From contig OZ176051.1 of the NCBI GenBank assembly GCA_964247055.1, positions 15,004,001 through 15,068,000 on the forward strand: a DNA stretch of 64,000 nucleotides, written 5' to 3'. The translations under genes were made by a program, and so were the position numbers. Each line of letters opens with the position of its first letter. Within the stretch, counting starts at the first letter, position 1. Shown here in pieces: positions 26,230-39,699 of this stretch. Source of the stretch: Paragordius varius. Its lineage: Eukaryota; Animalia; Nematomorpha. The notes beneath the pieces were generated by a model that had not been told where the DNA came from, made no database searches, and was given only the letters and a program-made list of their open reading frames with translations.

Positions 26230-28436
26230 TTATACCGCTAAAGTGGCCATCATATTAGCGGGGAGAGCAGTTATGGTGTAGTTAACAATTCGACTTCCTT
26301 CATTCTGGCCTCTAGTTTCTCCTGGGTTAACTGTTACCATGGGGACAGGATTGGCCGGATCTCCTTCAGTTACAACGCCATTTACAACAGTCAAGGTCCG
26401 TGCGTTGTTTGTCACAGCTAAATAATAAAATGTAGCCTAAGACAATATATAGTTAAAGCATGGGCAACCGGCTTTTTTGAGTAAGACAAGATTTTATACT
26501 TAATAGATTCGATTTTCATAAAACAGTTTTAATAACCCATAATTTTTGCACTAAACTAGCGAAAATTCTTAAAATAGTAGTTTTTACATTTTATGTTTAA
26601 TATCCACTAAAATCTTTAACCCATGTTGATTCCACTGCTTTAGGCGATAAAAAATGGAATATAACATCAAAGTAATACATCAGTTTAGTTAAAACCGCAA
26701 GACTAATTGGGAAAAATACATTAAAATTTGATGAAATCATATAAATATATATAATGAGTGATAGTTTAGTTTTTGCAAAAAATTATCTTTTCTTAAATTT
26801 GGAGAAAATTTTTATAAGGTATCTCATAATGAATTATTTATTATTTCTACCTTATTATCTTATGGGGAGAAATTTGGTACAGAAGAATTTTAAATTTAAT
26901 TATAAAATTTAAAATATTGGGTCAAATTTCTTAACTTTTAGGCACGTTATATAAATATGAAAAACGTATATTTGTGAAAATCTGTTCACTTTTTCATAGC
27001 CCTTTTTCTTTTGATATTTAGGAATTGCTAGGACAGAATGGGTAAATATAGATGCAGCTCTAAATCTTAAAAAGCCCCAAAAACTATGAGTTTTAATGAG
27101 AACAATAATAATAATTTTAACCAAAAACAAACTTCAAAGCCTTAGTTGTAAACAAGTTTAACTGTATGAAACAAGACTACCCTAAAAGGTATTGTGTGTT
27201 CACACAACAATAAAAATTTAATGAAATGTTCAATATTTTAATATGATTAGCAATATTAATTGCCCTAAAGTAATTTGTGCATATATAAAATTTTTGTTCG
27301 TTCCATTTATATAAGTTGGAATTAATGAAACGCTACTTTATAAAATATTATCATAAATAAAAATGCAAAACTTACTCATGGTGCAACCATTGTAAGTGTA
27401 CACATTTAAAGAAGCCGTACAAGCAGCCATTGCACCCGCGGTAATTACTAGAGCGACGTCGCCTCTCACCATACGACTTGAGCCGTCAGGAAATATATTT
27501 GTTCCATTCAGGGTAACCGTACATTGACCTACCAATTTAAGTTAAGCAAGAAAGGAAAATTTAAATTTGTTAATTCAGAAAATATTTTGCTTAATATATC
27601 AAGAATTATTTTGTTTCAGAATATAATTCAATAGTGTGTGTTTTACATTGAGCAATTTTAACTATATACACTCCGTCCCCAATTACTGAAGATAATATAA
27701 TATATTCTGTGAAGTTGGTTTTTGTGATTGATTTAAAGAGAGTATTAAAAATTTCGTGATTAGATCTTCATTGGAGAAAATGGCAAAATTTGCTTATATT
27801 CTATGATTATTTTAAGGAAAGCTAAATATACCACTAAAATATATAATAGACCACATAAAAAGCAATTAGATGTAGGCTCCAAAAGTCCCAAATTTTTCTG
27901 CATTTTAAAATGGGCTACTTCACACATAAACTCAAAAATGCCGAAAATCCGAACTAGAAATATTAAATATATGCTAAAATTTGAAATACAAATAATGGAT
28001 ATTTGTAAAAATTTGGTTTTGTAACAAAATTTTGTTGAAGCGTGCATACTGTTTTAAACGACTCTATAGTTTGATGCTGATTTCTATTACCCAGAATTTT
28101 AATATAAAGGTTGTTTGCTGTTAAATATTGAGGAGTTTTTTAAACTTTTTAATTAATATCAATTTAAGATTAATTAAAATTCTGAGGTGATAGAAATGCT
28201 CAGCGTCATTAAATAATAAAGATAAAGTATTTATATAATACCAGAATGTTATGAATTACAGTAAAAATTGAAATTATACGGAACTATAAATATAAAGACA
28301 AATATTTTTTTAAAAGGCAACCATATTGAATCTTGATTTTTTTAAAATATAACTCATTGTTTTAAACTGCAAAATGTAAAATAGAGTGTGAATTGTAGCC
28401 CAATCAATTTTGTAGTTTATGAATATGTATAAATAT

Positions 28437-28467
<31 letters not shown>

Positions 28468-28804
28468 GGTTTTAAAAAGTAGAGTGGTCTTTCGAAAAAA
28501 TATTTTTGTCTTTATATTTTTACGTTTTGTCCGTATTTCTATTTTTATTATAAATCATTATGGGATAAATCAAGGTTTAAAAAGTATAATAATTTTCTTT
28601 TGAAAAAAATTTCTTTATGTAATACGTTTTGTACGTATATTTTTTTAAATATTTTTTAACAAAATATTTTCAAAAGATCTTACCTGAGCTTTCGGGTGGA
28701 ATTTCTGCATTTTTTATGGTTAAAGAATTGTAGGAATGTGTATTCAATAATAATAATATTATTACAATATTACACAAAAGACTTGTTTGTAACATTTTAG
28801 ACAT
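26230..28804 (-). CDS. Intact 3-exon gene for a 153-aa predicted secreted orphan protein (exons 28804-28684, 27528-27376, 26417-26230)
   Basis: ATG at 28804, then a hydrophobic signal peptide (MSKMLQTSLLCNIVIILLLLNTHS). GTAAG donors and TAG acceptors with matching phases (1,1). Open frame to TAA at 26232-26230. Exons 2-3 are much more GC-rich than the flanks. Confidence 0.8.
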
Positions 28805-28856
28805 TAAATGAAGAAAAATAATTTGATTTTTAAATTATTGCTTAATAAGAACATTA

Positions 28857-28906
28857 CACGTGTTCCAGGTAAAATAAACAATAACATTAACTAGAAAAAT
28901 GACTCA
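28857..28906. promoter_or_regulatory. Candidate proximal promoter motifs of the secreted-protein gene: CACGTG (28857-28862) and TGACTCA (28900-28906)
   Basis: Exact E-box and AP-1 consensus 50-100 bp upstream of the ATG in otherwise AT-rich DNA. Function not shown. Confidence 0.3.
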
Positions 28907-31105
28907 TATATGTATATAGATATTTATTACTGATTATGGAGAAACATTATTGGCTTAAAGAAATAAATGGGTGAATAGTTAAAAGTATATAAACAAAGAA
29001 AAACCTAACTAGTGTCCAAAAAAACTGATCAAAATTTTAAACATTTTTGTGGCAAATTATTAGTTTTTTTAAATAAAATAAAAGAATAACAAATAAATTG
29101 CATAGCTACCCAAGAATATATTTATAGATAACACAGTAAAACCCTTTATATTTGACATTGATTGTGATAAATATATGTGTCGTTAGCTCGTTTATGAATT
29201 ACAATAAAAAATGAAATATACAGACAAAATAAAATGTAAAATAAGGTCAGTGACTATTATTTTTTGACCATGGTCATTTCAGCTGTTTTTTGAAAAATTG
29301 CTAGTATTTTTTTTGGAAGAAAAATAGTAAGTTATTTTTTAAAATATTATAAAAATATATAAATATTTAAATTTGCTTATTTAAAAATTTAAAATATTAA
29401 ACATGCATCCTTAAAACATTAGCATTTAAGCATATCCAGTTATTTCGAAAAAGAAAACAATCCAACTTTTTATAAAATATTCAATTATTCCATGTATGTG
29501 AACTAATTATATGAAAAAACATTTTATAATTGGATATTTCAATGATCAAAGAATGCGTAAAAGAAACAAGAAAAATTTTATTTGAAATATCCAGTATTAA
29601 AAGTAAATTCAGAAGTAATTTCATAAACCAATATCGCATGATATTTACTTAAGTAAAAAGTGGTCAGGACCATGGTCTGACCGGACTTTTTTGAAAAAGC
29701 TGTCAAATGCACAACCCTAATAATGAAACATATTTATACAGTGATCCTTTTTGTAATTCGTTTAAGTAAACTTATCATGGGAGATATATATATATATATT
29801 ATATATCTCAATTTTTTTTTAAATAATATGTTAAGAATAATGTTTATCTATTGTTGTTTTAAAATGGCCTTTAATACATTTTAGCTGTATGATAAGTTTT
29901 ACTGATACTCACGGTATTTTATCTTTCATATATTTAATTTTTATACTCCAATTATAAATAAAAGTATAATATTAGAGTAGCCGTTTATAGGTTTGCCCAG
30001 TTTAGGATTTTAGAATGTTAATAAACTGTAAAAATATTAATGGGAAAACAATGTTAAATTTTTTATCAAAATAACTTTTAAAACTATACTTTATTAAGTT
30101 CTCGCCCTAAAATGTCTTCAGAAAAATGGTGATAAAGTATTAAAGTTTAACATAGTAGCAGGATGTAACGGTATAAACTAAATTGATCCTTAATGATAGA
30201 TTGAAAATTATATACAGACACACAAATATTTACTCGATATTGTAATACTTGATTTTTCCATATAAAATTATGTTATGAAATTATATCGATTTCACCTCTT
30301 ACCAAAACGATAAATCTTTTAAATAAAACTAAAATTTATATGTATTTTGTAAAATAACTGTTTATAAATCGTATTTATTTGATTCTAACACGCTAAAACT
30401 AACTATAATTTAATAAGATCACATCTAACATTAATATAATCAGAAATTATTGCATCATTTGTATAATCCAACATGTATATATGTAATTACATTGTCCATA
30501 TTTAAATAAGAGGATTCATAAAAGGAATAAAATATTAATTGATATGAAGTTAGGTAACTACTTTTAGTTGTATAAATAATTGATTATCAGCTTCCTACTT
30601 ATGGCTTTTGTTGGCAAAAATATGGAGGCTATAGAATTTAAAACGAATATGAATCAATCATTGGCAAAAATATACATAAAATAATATTAGATTTAATCAT
30701 GGATGTCAGTATCAGGGGTGAAACAAAATAAATCTGAATTGACAGTTGCAGTCGATACAGGTTCATGTGATTTATATGAAGTGATGAGTAACATATGCAA
30801 AATTTAATTCAGCCAATTTTCTAAATACAATAAAGATTTATAATTAAATTTAATTGTATATTTTAAGCAATACGGCCGTTTTTAAATATAAAGATAGCAT
30901 ATAATTTTATAATAACGTGATTCGTAACGCCAAATATATTATAGATGAAAGATTTTAACTGTAGCTCGCTTTTCATAAAGTTCCAGCCGTATGTATTGGT
31001 CGGTATGATTTCACAAGTGTTAATATTACTAATTTAAGTGATGTAAGCGACTATGATCGTAATCAGAAATAAATTTATATTTGAAAGCTTGTTGGGCGAA
31101 CAAAT

Positions 31106-31603
31106 TTGAAGGCTTTAGGCCTTCTCCTCAATGGCAACAATGGATGGGAACTAGAACAACCAAACAGAGATCGGAACGGGGTTGATGGAGTGCTATTACG
31201 AGGTAAATGTATTTTTAGGTTCTTTGGAACACATTCAATGGGCGTTTGTTTCCTACAAAGATTTGGAAGCATGGTACTCAAGCAGGACTCGTTTTCAAAA
31301 CGAAGCTCGGACTTGGTCGATCGATGGAAAGCTGATGGACGGGAAGTCGAGCCTACAAAGTGCGAGGTAGGCTTGCTGTGGTCAATGGACTCTGGTCTTT
31401 GGGACGGAACTTGGTTGGCGGGAGATTTGGAGCAACTCAACAAGATGCGTGCTGGAGACAATGATCACCACTGGGGGCATTCCCTCCCTCCCCTCGGATC
31501 AAACAACATTGACTGCTTCTTGGAGGATGATGGTATTCGGCTTGAATGCACAATAAACTCTCATTACACTTGTGGAGAGTTTTTGGGCCAGACTCCTCTC
31601 TAA
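31106..31603 (+). other. GC-rich island with an uninterrupted 165-codon ORF (TTG start) of unknown family
   Basis: Sharp rise in GC over ~500 bp; ORF from the track; no motif recognised with confidence. Confidence 0.35.
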
Positions 31604-31781
31604 TGGGAGAATAAATCCTCCTTTGGGGAAAATCAACTCTTACTAATTTGAAAGAGTTGTTTTCCTCACTCGTGTGAAGGAGGAATTATTTCTCCCATTA
31701 GAGAGTGAGTCAGGCCCCCAAGTCCAAAATTTTGTTTTGAGCACTCTTACTCCCGGACGCTCAAAATAAAATTTTGGACTT
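31585..31781. repeat. Two adjacent long inverted-repeat hairpins (31585-31718 and 31720-31781)
   Basis: gggccagactcctctctaatgggagaataaatcctcctt pairs with aaggaggaattatttctcccattagagagtgagtcaggccc, with an inner stem tggggaaaatcaactctt / aaagagttgttttcctca. aagtccaaaattttgttttgagc pairs with gctcaaaataaaattttggactt around a 16-nt loop. Confidence 0.9.
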
Positions 31782-32298
31782 AGAATATTTTTTAATTTTT
31801 TTTCTCGCCCTTTTGGGGGGGGGGGCTATATATATTTATTGATATTTTTTAATTTTTTTTGAAATAAAAAATGATAATAAATTCAAGATTATTTATTAAA
31901 ATATTAATTTTCTATAAATATTCAATTTCTTTGATATTCATTCTTGTTTAGTTGAATTTTGATTTTCTGTCAATTTGTTGTTGGTGTCTCGTCATTGAAT
32001 TCTTTATTTTAACTTATTTGTTTTGTTTGTATTTTGGATAATTTTGTGCGTATTTTCAAAATCTAAAAAATATAAATAGATAAAAATTACACTATTTTTT
32101 ATTGATTCATAAAGTAAAAAGTTAAACATTTCTAAAAAGAAAAAATATTAAAGACAAAAGAATTTCAGCGAAAGTTTCAAAAAAATCGATTCTTTTTACT
32201 CGTTTTTAGCAAATTAGTGGTTTTTACAAACAAATTTTTGTGGTTTAGTAAAATTAAGCTTTTTTAAATGGCAAACTTAAAACCTCAAAAAGTTTATA

Positions 32299-32812
32299 GA
32301 AATGCATGCGGACCTTTAAGAAAATGAACCAACTCCAATCCCTCACCCTTACTCTAGCCCACAAATTCGAAACCAATAGAGTGCTTTAAATTTGGATCAA
32401 AAAAAATTTTGCTCAAAACCGTAATAAAAACAGCTTTAGAATGTCGAAATGTGATAAAGATTAAAACAGAAGTATTAGCAGTGTTGTAACCTAATAAAAT
32501 AAGTTTCAAGGTTCAACCTTGGGGTTTTTTATATTAAAATATTTAATCAGCTGTTTCTTAAGAAAAGATAAAAGTAATATAATCTGTCTTATAAAAAAAT
32601 TCTGGTCTAAAAATATTAATATAAAAGATAAGTCAGAAAATACTGACAATTTTGTGTTCCCTATTTAAAAATTAATCATCAAAATCTGCAAAATTCAGAG
32701 ACACAGGTTTAAGTATGAAATTAAAAAGAAATGCGTGGATCTCGGGTTTGCGGACTTGTTTAAGAAAACAAACCAAGTCCAATCCTTCACATAACCCTAG
32801 CCTACAAACTCG
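32299..32812 (-). repeat. Two decayed G4/hairpin element copies (F 32299-32374, G 32728-32812)
   Basis: Retain ...aagaaaatgaaccaactccaatccctcac... and ccctagcc(c/t)acaaa(c/t)tcg. Hairpin part partly deleted. Confidence 0.75.
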
Positions 32813-32969
32813 CTTACATTTTATTTATCAAAATCCAACTAAATATTAACAAACACCTTATATTGCAAAATAAGATCAAGATATATAAACCATGTTAAAT
32901 ATCTAAAAATGCCAAATATAAATAAATTTAATTAAATTATAAATGTTCAATTATACAAAATATTCATAA

Positions 32970-33995
32970 TATAATGTTTGGAATTCAATCTTGTTAATGA
33001 TATTAATACAAGTAATTTGTTTCTAATATTGATATACGATGTATGCGTTTATGGTGATCATATCTTTGATTAAGTTAAGGAATCTCATGAGATGCCAAAA
33101 AATCACTAATTTTAGATAATTCTGAAAATTACAATCGCCATCATTTTCTGGGATGATTCTATCAACTAAAATATAAGATAGAAAGGTATTTACTAAAGTA
33201 TAAGAAAATTGATATCTGGATTTTAGAAGTATTTTCAACATAATTTTAAATATTGAGGGGTAAAACATCCAAAGTTTGAAAGGGGACTAAATAAGGTTGA
33301 CCTGCCTTTAACAATTAAATTTGCAAATAAAAAATTTCTTCATGAAAATAAATTCAAAAATGATATTTTATGTGTTTTATTTACATTTTCATTCTACCAG
33401 CCAAATTTTAAAAAAATATGAAAAGGCTTGTATATGATTTCACCAATGACGCCAAATAAATAGAAACAAATATTTTAGAAAACAAGAGCATTCCAAAAAC
33501 CAAGCAGGCAATGTTTGCTTTGGTGAAGGGAATAGTTTTTCTTATTTTTTAGATTGGTAGAATGAAAAAGCAGATTGAACACATAAAATATCATTTTAAA
33601 ATTTTTTTCATGAAAATATTTTTTTGCAAATTTTGTTGTTGAAAGTGCAGGTCAACCTTATTTATTTGCCTTAAAAACTTTGGATGTTTTAGCACCCAAT
33701 ATTTAAAATTATGTTGAAAATACTTCTAGAATCCAGTTATTAATTTTTTAATACTTTAATCAAATACGTTTCTATCTTATATTTTAGTTGATATATTTAT
33801 CCCAGAAAATGATGTTGATTATAATTTTCAGGATTATATACATCTAGTGATTTTTTTGGCATCTCATATTATTCCTTAATCTAAGTTATGATCACCATGA
33901 GCGCACACCGGATCGTATATCAATATTAGAATCATCAAAATTACCTGTATTTATATCAATAAGAATGCTATTTTAAACAATGCTTCCAACATTAA
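32970..33995. mobile_element. Foldback/MITE-like element with ~430-bp inverted arms (32970-33400 and 33553-33995)
   Basis: Arms are reverse-complementary with moderate divergence (e.g. aaataaggttgacctgc vs gcaggtcaaccttattt); ~150-bp spacer. Confidence 0.8.
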
Positions 33996-34199
33996 TTTGT
34001 GATCTACACTATGATAATACATCTATATATAAATAAAAGTATCTAATATCTTATAGAGGGTTATTGAAAAATAATCGTTTAATATATTTTGTGTGAATTA
34101 ATTTAGAAACTCTAAAATTTTTCATTTAAATATATTTTTGCATTTATGTGAATATAGATTATTTTTCGTATTGGTGGGCATTTATAATTACATATAAAA

Positions 34200-34960
34200 C
34201 TGAAAAAAATTAACTTTAACCTGTCTTTATTATAGTATGCCAAAATATTTAAATGCAAAAAAAAACAAAAAAATTTGGGAAACACACAAATTTTCTTATA
34301 TAATATTTTTACTGTATTTATATTTATTCATACAAAATTATTTGAAAATTAATAACTAACAATGCAATACCTAAAAAATAATAAAAAATTTCTCACCCCC
34401 AAATATTTTTACCTGTTTTGATAATTATAATAAAAATATTTTAAAATTATTATTAATTAACAATGCAATTCAGAAAAAACAAAAAATTCGCAAACCTGAA
34501 CATTACCTGTTTTTATTATAGTATGTCAAAATATTTAAAATTATTAATAATTTACAAGGTTAAATAAAATTTGTAATTTATTGAAAACCGCAATTTTTAG
34601 TATTTTTTAAAATGTCCAAATATATAGTAATTATTACAATTAACAATGTTAAATAAAAAAAAATAAATTGGACTAAATTTAAAAACCGCAATTTTTACCT
34701 GTATTTATTAGAATTTTCAAATAGTTATTACCAAAGTTAAATAAAAAAATGAAAAAAATTAAATTTGACTAAATTTATTAAAAACAATTTTTATTTGTAT
34801 TTATTAAAATATCTATAATATGTAGTAATTAATAACAAATAACAATGTTAAATAAAAAAGCAAAAAAATTAAATTTGACTAAATATATTAAAATTTCCAA
34901 AATATGTAGTAATCAATCACTAACAACTATATAAAATAATGAAAATACCAATTTTGCAAC
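34200..34960. repeat. Degenerate AT-rich tandem repeat (~100-120-bp units)
   Basis: Recurrent aaaaccgcaattttacctgt(a/t)tt(t)attata and taacaatgttaaataaaaaa...aaatttgactaaattt motifs. Confidence 0.6.
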
Positions 34961-36044
34961 AGGTATTTATCATGTTGAAAATTAATTACTAAATTTAATT
35001 AGGAATAAACATGAAATGTGTGCATAAGCTAAATAACATTGCAAAATGAACCACATGTTATGTGTCATGGTTGGATACTTAAATAAAAAATTAACTTTTT
35101 TAACGAGAATCAGAAAAAATGGCGTCGAATTAGTTAAATATTAAAAGCCTGCAAAATGAGAAATTTTTTATAACCTAATACAGATTTAGGTATTTGCAAC
35201 TACGTTTTTATTAATACTTTCGCTATAGAATATTGATGGAAAAAGTATTTTTATAAAAAAAGTTAGACATAATTAGAAATGATAATAGAATCAAAATAAA
35301 AATAAAAATGCTCCGACCAACGATGAGGTATTAAAAATCAACAAAAGAAACTTCTAGACAACTTACAGTCCAAATGATATAGGATTAAAATAAACGTTGA
35401 TTTTTAAGACAGTTTTGATCATTGATATCAAATAATTGGATTTTACATGCCTAATTATCAATTTATTTATTAAATCAATACCATCACTGTAAATTTATAA
35501 GTTAAGATTAAATATTTTTTTTCAATATCAACAGCAAAGTTACTTTAATATTTAAATTCAAGCGTTATGACCGATACGTCAATTAAAAGCTTGTAAAATA
35601 ATAAAATACAGATTGACTACAATTAATTGTAAAAAAGAATATTTATTTATCATGTGCGTTACTATCTTTCAAAGAAATCCAATTTAGACTGAAAGTAATT
35701 AATTTTCTGGGAAAGTCTAATTAACAGCGTTTTTTAAATGATAATATTGATATTATTATTACGTGAATAATATATTTACCTTTAGCCAGCGTTAGTAAAA
35801 TATTTAATTGAGAATGTTTTTTTCGTTTACCTAGCACTCCGTTCCACTAACATGCACCTAAAGCGTAATGTTACCGAGTATAACAATCAGTTTTTCTTAA
35901 TATCGTATATATCGTTTCCTGTTCAAACAAATAAAACTACATATTTTTCGGCTTATAAACATTAAAGCGACTATAAGACTCTTGTTTTTGAACTTCAATA
36001 TCATTTTCATTTATTTTTTTACCATTTCGCTTTTAATTGTTGAT

Positions 36045-38870
36045 ATGAACCCGTTTTCGTTAGTGGTAATCATAACTTATACCTTGATTATATATATCGT
36101 ACCAGCTTTATCTCTTAATTTGACGGATCTCAAAGGTAAAAAATTGAATTTTTTATTTTATGCTTTAGTTATCGATTGTGATCATGCAATTGAAAATTAT
36201 TGTCAAAACCTTCGTAAAAGTCAACCTGGCCAATTACCAATTACTTACAGAACCTATATTGAAAAATTGGGTAGGTCACCAATAGCTCCTAACTTTTAAT
36301 GTTATATATATTTTTATCAGCTCTTTAAGATAATCAGAAACCAATATCTAACAATCGATATCTCTCCAATATGAAAGCAATTTACGATTCTTGTCTGGCT
36401 TACCATAAAAGTCCCGAAAGTAATAATAATACATTGGCCATCGATAAAATAAAAAGATTGCTCAATAAGTATGGCAGCTTTAGTCAAATCACTTATACAA
36501 ACACATCGATAGATGATCCTGAAATCAATAAGGCGATTTTAGAAATCTTGAGTGATAATTTTGATTTAGCCCCAATAACCTTTGATTATATGGTTAATTA
36601 TCATTCAAGCGAAAAAATGCCTAAACTGATTGTTAAAAGGGTGGTCATGAAAGATTTACTTGTAATAGCGGATCAAAAGATGGTTGAGGAAGATATTAAG
36701 ATGATGAGGTCTTTATATCTATCAATGGGGGGCATTGAACAAAACTGGAATGAATGATACATTTAATAACCTAATTAACATTCTCACTGCTAATGGTTAT
36801 ATTTTTTAACACGTGCTATTTTACCTATATACCATTTTTAACATTTATATTTTTGTAGATTAGCAAAGCAAATTTACTTAAATTTAACACTGCGTTTTTT
36901 TGTTACTCGTATTATTTACATTTATTGTCCCACTCAAAAGGTTCAGGTGATCAGTCAGATAAAATTTTTGGAAAATTATTTCAAAAGTATTATAAAAAGT
37001 TTTTAATCAAAGCTTCGTTTTAGGTTGAAAAAAGTATAATCGTGTTTGGATTAATTTCTAATTATTTGAGCAACTAGAACCGGCGGTTATTTATTGTAAC
37101 AAATTGGCTACTACTATCATTACCGTTGGCAGAGATTATTTTCCATTTCACGGTCAATTTAACATACATTGACTTAAGGGGATATAACATTTTTTAAATA
37201 TTTAAGTTTTAATTATAAGGTATGAATACAGTAAATATGATGAATAGGTACCCTGCTGATATATAATACTCACCAATAATAATTCTCAAACCACTTTAAT
37301 ATTTACGGGCTATATTTTTTTAACCATTATAAATTGTTACATTAATCGATAATATATAATCACATTAAATCTTATTATTTTTGCAAATTCTTAGGCCGAA
37401 ATAATCAGTTTTAATGCCTTTTGCGGCCGCTATGTAATACCATTTTTTAGTCAAAAGCTATATTTTTCATCCAAACGCAACATTTTTTAGGCAAACCCAC
37501 ATTTTTTTTCAAAAAAAACAACATTTATTCCGGCACAATTTTTCTAAGCAAAGACAACATTTTTTCAAGCGTACACAACTGAAAAGTGTTGCGTTTTCTC
37601 AAAAAAATGTTATTTTTGATTGTTCCGTTTGGTTGAAAAAATGTTGCTATTGGCTGAAAAATAGTAAACCACTGATATATAAAGTGATCTATTTTTTCCG
37701 GATTATTGACACTGTAGCTGTATTTAAGGCTATATAGATATTTTAAAATCTTTTTGAAGGACTAACCTCAAATTTATCGTATTCTTTCCAGGCCATTAGA
37801 ATCCAATATTATAACTTAGGGTGACCGAAGTTTAGGATTATTTTCTTAGTTTGTCGCGATTAGTCTTATAAAATTTCGTCTCATAAAGCCATGAATTGTT
37901 GCTTGATAGGAAAACTATGACTTCCAATTGCGATAGTAGACAAATAAATAAATATCCCAACTATGTTTCATATTTAATTAAACTATGGCGTTTTCTGCCA
38001 AATAATTCGCAATTTTCCAATTTTTTTGGTTGTCGGAAACGTTTAATTATTTAGTATATGATTTTAAATGTTTTAAATATTTTATAAATAATTATGTGTG
38101 TTGCTTTGTTGTAGCAAAGGTAAATATAAAATTGTCAATAACATGGTGATTATGTACTGCAATCGAATATAAAAAGTTATCATATGATCTATAATTTACA
38201 AAAATTTTATACAACATTGAATTATGGTTTTCCACGATTTTTATGTAAAGTTAAAAAAAAATATAATAAAAAAATTATGAAACCGGTATGCTTAATAAAT
38301 GGTGGAATCGAAATTGGATATATTCTAACCCAACAGAATCGGTTTCTGTTATAGGAACTCTGGCTTCTGTTTAGTTTTGAAGCCCTGCTATGTTAATTTG
38401 TCGAATTTACCGTTAACTTTTTTAAATTTATATGTATCCAGGTAATAACCTGACATTAATAAATTATAATAAATTATAATAAAGTATAATATTATAATTT
38501 ATATATTTATTATTTATGCATGTCAATTAATGTTATTTATTTTAAATATAAATGTTGTTCCAGATAACCCAAAGGACAACAAATAAAACCTTGGAATGCA
38601 AAAACATTGATAGCAACCTTGATTGGGAAGTAATGACATTCATGTAAAATTATTTTAGGAACTGAAGAATATTAGAGATTCCAATGGGATATATCAAGTA
38701 AAGATATCAATATTTTTTATTTTTATCATTGTTAGAAATTAGCTCTCGCCGTTATGAGAAAACGTTGGAATAAACATGGGATTCAGTGCCATGGACAGAT
38801 ATATTTCAATGACTTCCGACCCGAATTTACTAAAATGTATGGTTCGTTTGTTGGAACTTTGTTTAAGTAA
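36045..38870 (+). pseudogene. Divergent M13/neprilysin-like gene copy 1, disrupted
   Basis: Signal-like start MNPFSLVVIITYTLIIYIVPALS. DCDHAIENYCQNL (cf. PCDDFY..ACG.W), MKAIYDSCL (cf. KAK..Y.SC), DWEVMTFM*NYFRN*RILEIPMGYI (cf. W.M.P..VNAYY...N.I.IP.GIL), RPEFTKMYGSFVG (cf. P..NYG..G). In-frame TAA at 36326-36328, frameshift near 36750, further stops near 38645-38665. Confidence 0.6.
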
Positions 38871-39699
38871 AACAAAACGTAAGTAGAATATATAACCTAT
38901 CAAGCATCAATAATTTTTAACAAATGTCGCTCCTAGGAAAAAACTATTTTACAAATCATTCATAAATCAGTAATTACCCATGAATGCACAATATATTTTT
39001 GATTTAATGTTAGATTATTAAAAGACTTTCTTCTACTATATGTGGCAAATATGTTGGCACCTTACACCGTATCAGATTATAGAGCTCATCAGGCCAAGTT
39101 AAACCAAGCCCAACAATATTTTAATTCCGACAATCTGGCAGCCAGGTGTGTAAATATGATTAATTTGGAGCCATGGGATTTAACAAAATACTCAATTTAC
39201 CATAGTCAACAAGAAGTTTCCCTTTCCAAAGTAAAACAATATACCTTTGTCTTAGGTGTAAAGCGAATATAGATTTTATATATACCATATACAATTAAAA
39301 ATCCCCTTCGAACATTCAGAACAGTTAAAATTCACCAATATATAATTTATCATAAATAGGATAAATTATATCTTTATGGCATAGTTAATTTTTTTCTGCT
39401 TTATTTTAATTTTAAGAAAAATTTATTTTTTAAGGTAATTTGTAATTATATAAAAACGTAATGTTTTTTAGAGTGAATTTGAATTGTTCAAGGGTGAATT
39501 GGTGTAAAAGGTATATTTATTTTATTATATGTATTGATTTATATTACAGTTGCAAAATATGGTGAATAAGTATGTGAACATCACCGATTTCTACCAACGA
39601 TATTACAAAAATGATTCAGTAAATTTTTTGATAACTATTTTTGCAGAGATGCATTAGAAAAACAGTATCAAACCTGTTCTTTCAGCCACATAATTCGCT

